From: Octopus bimaculoides
Lineage: Eukaryota
Assembly: GCF_001194135.2 (NCBI RefSeq)
Contig: NC_068994.1
Coordinates: 39,861,446 to 39,925,445 of the forward strand
Length of the DNA: 64,000 nucleotides
Direction of reading: 5' to 3'
Shown one piece after another: positions 61,921 to 64,000 of this stretch; the stretch's first letter is position 1; every line of letters begins with the position of its first letter. The notes beneath the pieces were generated by a model that saw only the letters and a list, made by a program, of their open reading frames with translations, ran no database searches and was not told the DNA's origin. The position numbers were made by a program, and so were the translations under genes.

Positions 61921-63999
61921 TTATTTACTTACAGGAATATTTCCACTGGTAAGTGTTTGACAGTGGATCTCAATTGAAGGATCCCGGAGTTTTTGGCTTG
62001 ATTTATGTTCTAAGGAAAGATTTCCTCTAGACCACATGTGAGGCAGATCTTCATCTTTGTCAATGTTTTGTAAGACATCAGGGCTCTCATGAATAGATGA
62101 AACTTGCTTTGCACAAGAATATTCTGATTCTGTATTCCTGCCAACATGGCGTTTCTGTGGATCTGTTCTAAATATATGTTGGCTGCCTTGTAGATTGTTT
62201 CTTCTGACAATGCAGATAGTTATGGAGACAACCAGTAATACTGACACTGTCACTGCAGCAACAATTATTATAATAAATAGATTAATATGTATTTTGTCAT
62301 CTGATTGTAAATTAACTGCAGTAAATTTTGTTGAAGATTTGTTACTTACAGTCAATGTTAAAGACAAAGTAGTTGTTGCTGATAAAACTGGAGTACCACT
62401 GTCTTTGACGAAAAACTTGAGTGCATATGATCCAGCATCGTTTTGGTAAACTGTACGAGAAAAGGACAAGACGCCAGTGTATGGATTCACTGAAAACAAT
62501 TGTCTATTGTTACCTTTCATTATTCCATACTTCAGAAAGGCATTCTGCCGAATATCTCTGTCTGAAGCTCTTAATGTTGTTATATCATTGCTACTCTGAG
62601 GTTGGTAGTAAACATCAAGACTGAAAGGATCCACACTGGGAAAGACAAAATATGGAGCATTGTCATTTTCATCCATAACTTCGACAATAACATTTGCTGT
62701 ATCATTTAACGAAGGGGTTCCATTGTCCTTTACTAAAACTTTGAATTTATAAATACTCTGCTGCTCCCGATCTAATGATTGTTTTGCTAAAATAAATCCA
62801 TAGTCAGAAATTTCAAAAGGAAGAACATGCTGGTTACTGCTAAGTAAAGCATATGTAAGGTCTCCACCAATCCCTAAGTCAGGATCTGTAGCATTAATGA
62901 ACCCAACAGGGAAATTAGACTTTTCGTTTTCATATGTTAAAAATTTGAATGTTTCTTTTGTGAATTGTGGCTTTACATCATTGACATCAGTTACTTTGAG
63001 AGAAAACTTATGTTCTGTTTTCAAAGAAGGAGTTCCTCTGTCACTGCAAGTTATTGTGAAATTTATTCTACTTTCACTTTCTCGATCAACAGTCTTCTTT
63101 ACTGATACTTTGTATCTCTTCTGACCAAGACTCTGAAGAGTGAACTTATTATGCTGGAGGTCACATGTCACTTGTCCATTCAAACCAATATCATTGTCAA
63201 CAACTTTCACATATGCAATGAAGCTGCCAACTTCCATTGCTTCAGATATTGTTGCTGTGTTTCCAGTTAATTCTGAAAAATTTACTTCAATCACTGGAGC
63301 ATTGTTTTGTTTATTGATAATATTTACCACAACTGGTACAACAGAGCTCAGAGGAGGACTGCCATTATCTCTGGCTTCAATAAATAGTTTATAAGTTTGT
63401 TTCTTTTCTGGTTTAAATTTTTTGCGAAGAAAGATTTCTCCAGTATTTTTTTTTATTTCAAAAAACGATTTTGCTCTATCAGATGTCATGGAACTAAAAT
63501 AGTATGATACATTTCCATTTTTACCTGAATCTAAATCAGTAGCTGACAAGATAAGAACTGGTATCTCTTTTGCTTGTCTGTTATTCACTGTAATGTTGTA
63601 AATGTCTTCAGAAAATATTGGTGGATTGTCATTTTCATCTGTAACTGATATTTGAACATCCAAAATACCATGTTTTGATGGAGTACCCCCATCTTTAGCA
63701 ATTATTTGTAACATATAATTGTCTTTTATTTCTCTGTCTAACTTATTTTCTAATGTTATACTTAGAGAGTAAGAACTGTCGACTCTTCTAGAAACAGCTA
63801 AAGTGAATGGGTCATCTTCCTGTTTTATTAATTCATAAGAGATTTGTGAATTTAATAAATGAACATCTTTATCTACAGCATTTGGTATAGCACGCATAGT
63901 TCCTCTGCCATCTGTTTCATCAAAGTTTATATTTACTTCATTATCTGGAAAAATTGGTTCATTATCATTAATATCTTCTATAATAACCTTCACCTCTAA
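61921..63999 (-). CDS. Protocadherin (cephalopod-type), large exon, 5'-partial: end of EC1, EC2-EC6, TM (62206-62280), proximal cytoplasmic tail
   Basis: Uninterrupted ORF of more than 690 aa, open to the window edge. Cadherin motifs DINDNEPIF, LDRE, DGGTP, DENDNPPIF, ATDLDSGKNG, VDRE, DVNDVKPQF, ATDPDLG, LDRE and DENDNAPYF are present, then hydrophobic LFIIIIVAAVTVSVLLVVSITICIV and basic RR. The exon probably ends at 61933 (CCT|GTAAGT); read-through gives VSK-stop. Confidence 0.96.
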   Translation of the reverse strand, partial: LEVKVIIEDINDNEPIFPDNEVNINFDETDGRGTMRAIPNAVDKDVHLLNSQISYELIKQEDDPFTLAVSRRVDSSYSLSITLENKLDREIKDNYMLQIIAKDGGTPSKHGILDVQISVTDENDNPPIFSEDIYNITVNNRQAKEIPVLILSATDLDSGKNGNVSYYFSSMTSDRAKSFFEIKKNTGEIFLRKKFKPEKKQTYKLFIEARDNGSPPLSSVVPVVVNIINKQNNAPVIEVNFSELTGNTATISEAMEVGSFIAYVKVVDNDIGLNGQVTCDLQHNKFTLQSLGQKRYKVSVKKTVDRESESRINFTITCSDRGTPSLKTEHKFSLKVTDVNDVKPQFTKETFKFLTYENEKSNFPVGFINATDPDLGIGGDLTYALLSSNQHVLPFEISDYGFILAKQSLDREQQSIYKFKVLVKDNGTPSLNDTANVIVEVMDENDNAPYFVFPSVDPFSLDVYYQPQSSNDITTLRASDRDIRQNAFLKYGIMKGNNRQLFSVNPYTGVLSFSRTVYQNDAGSYALKFFVKDSGTPVLSATTTLSLTLTVSNKSSTKFTAVNLQSDDKIHINLFIIIIVAAVTVSVLLVVSITICIVRRNNLQGSQHIFRTDPQKRHVGRNTESEYSCAKQVSSIHESPDVLQNIDKDEDLPHMWSRGNLSLEHKSSQKLRDPSIEIHCQTLTSGNIPVSK
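61927..61932 (-). promoter_or_regulatory. 5' splice donor (phase 0) at the end of the protocadherin large exon
   Basis: Minus strand reads ATT CCT|GTAAGT, a consensus +1..+6 donor, 12 nt before the end of the ORF, followed by very AT-rich intron-like DNA. Confidence 0.7.
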
Positions 64000-64000
64000 A

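Overview
AT-rich, microsatellite-dense animal genomic DNA with nine N gaps. It is most consistent with an Octopus assembly; this is inferred from the protocadherin type and the SINE families, not from a database search. The only clear host gene is the 3' part of a large protocadherin exon on the minus strand (61921 to the window end): end of EC1, EC2-EC6, TM and start of the cytoplasmic tail, followed by a GTAAGT donor. The remaining ~62 kb is a transposon graveyard. It holds a near-full-length DD34D mariner with TIRs and TA TSD, two internally deleted maT/DD37D-type elements, a decayed pogo/Tigger split by a SINE, and two different Penelope-like remnants (one RT plus GIY-YIG with a decayed hammerhead, one Cys-rich GIY-YIG inside an inverted/tandem structure). 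There is also an RTE LINE 3' end, Helentron-like non-autonomous elements, hAT MITE ends, a long-TIR foldback element and dozens of SINE copies from about four families. No rRNA, true tRNA, CRISPR array or prokaryotic system is supportable. The most interesting leads are the 25.2-27.1 kb Penelope-like structure, candidate isoform-switch signals and a micro-exon around the protocadherin, its degenerate EC3-EC4 calcium linker, and inverted SINE pairs as possible ADAR substrates. Repeat boundaries are approximate because they were aligned by eye.
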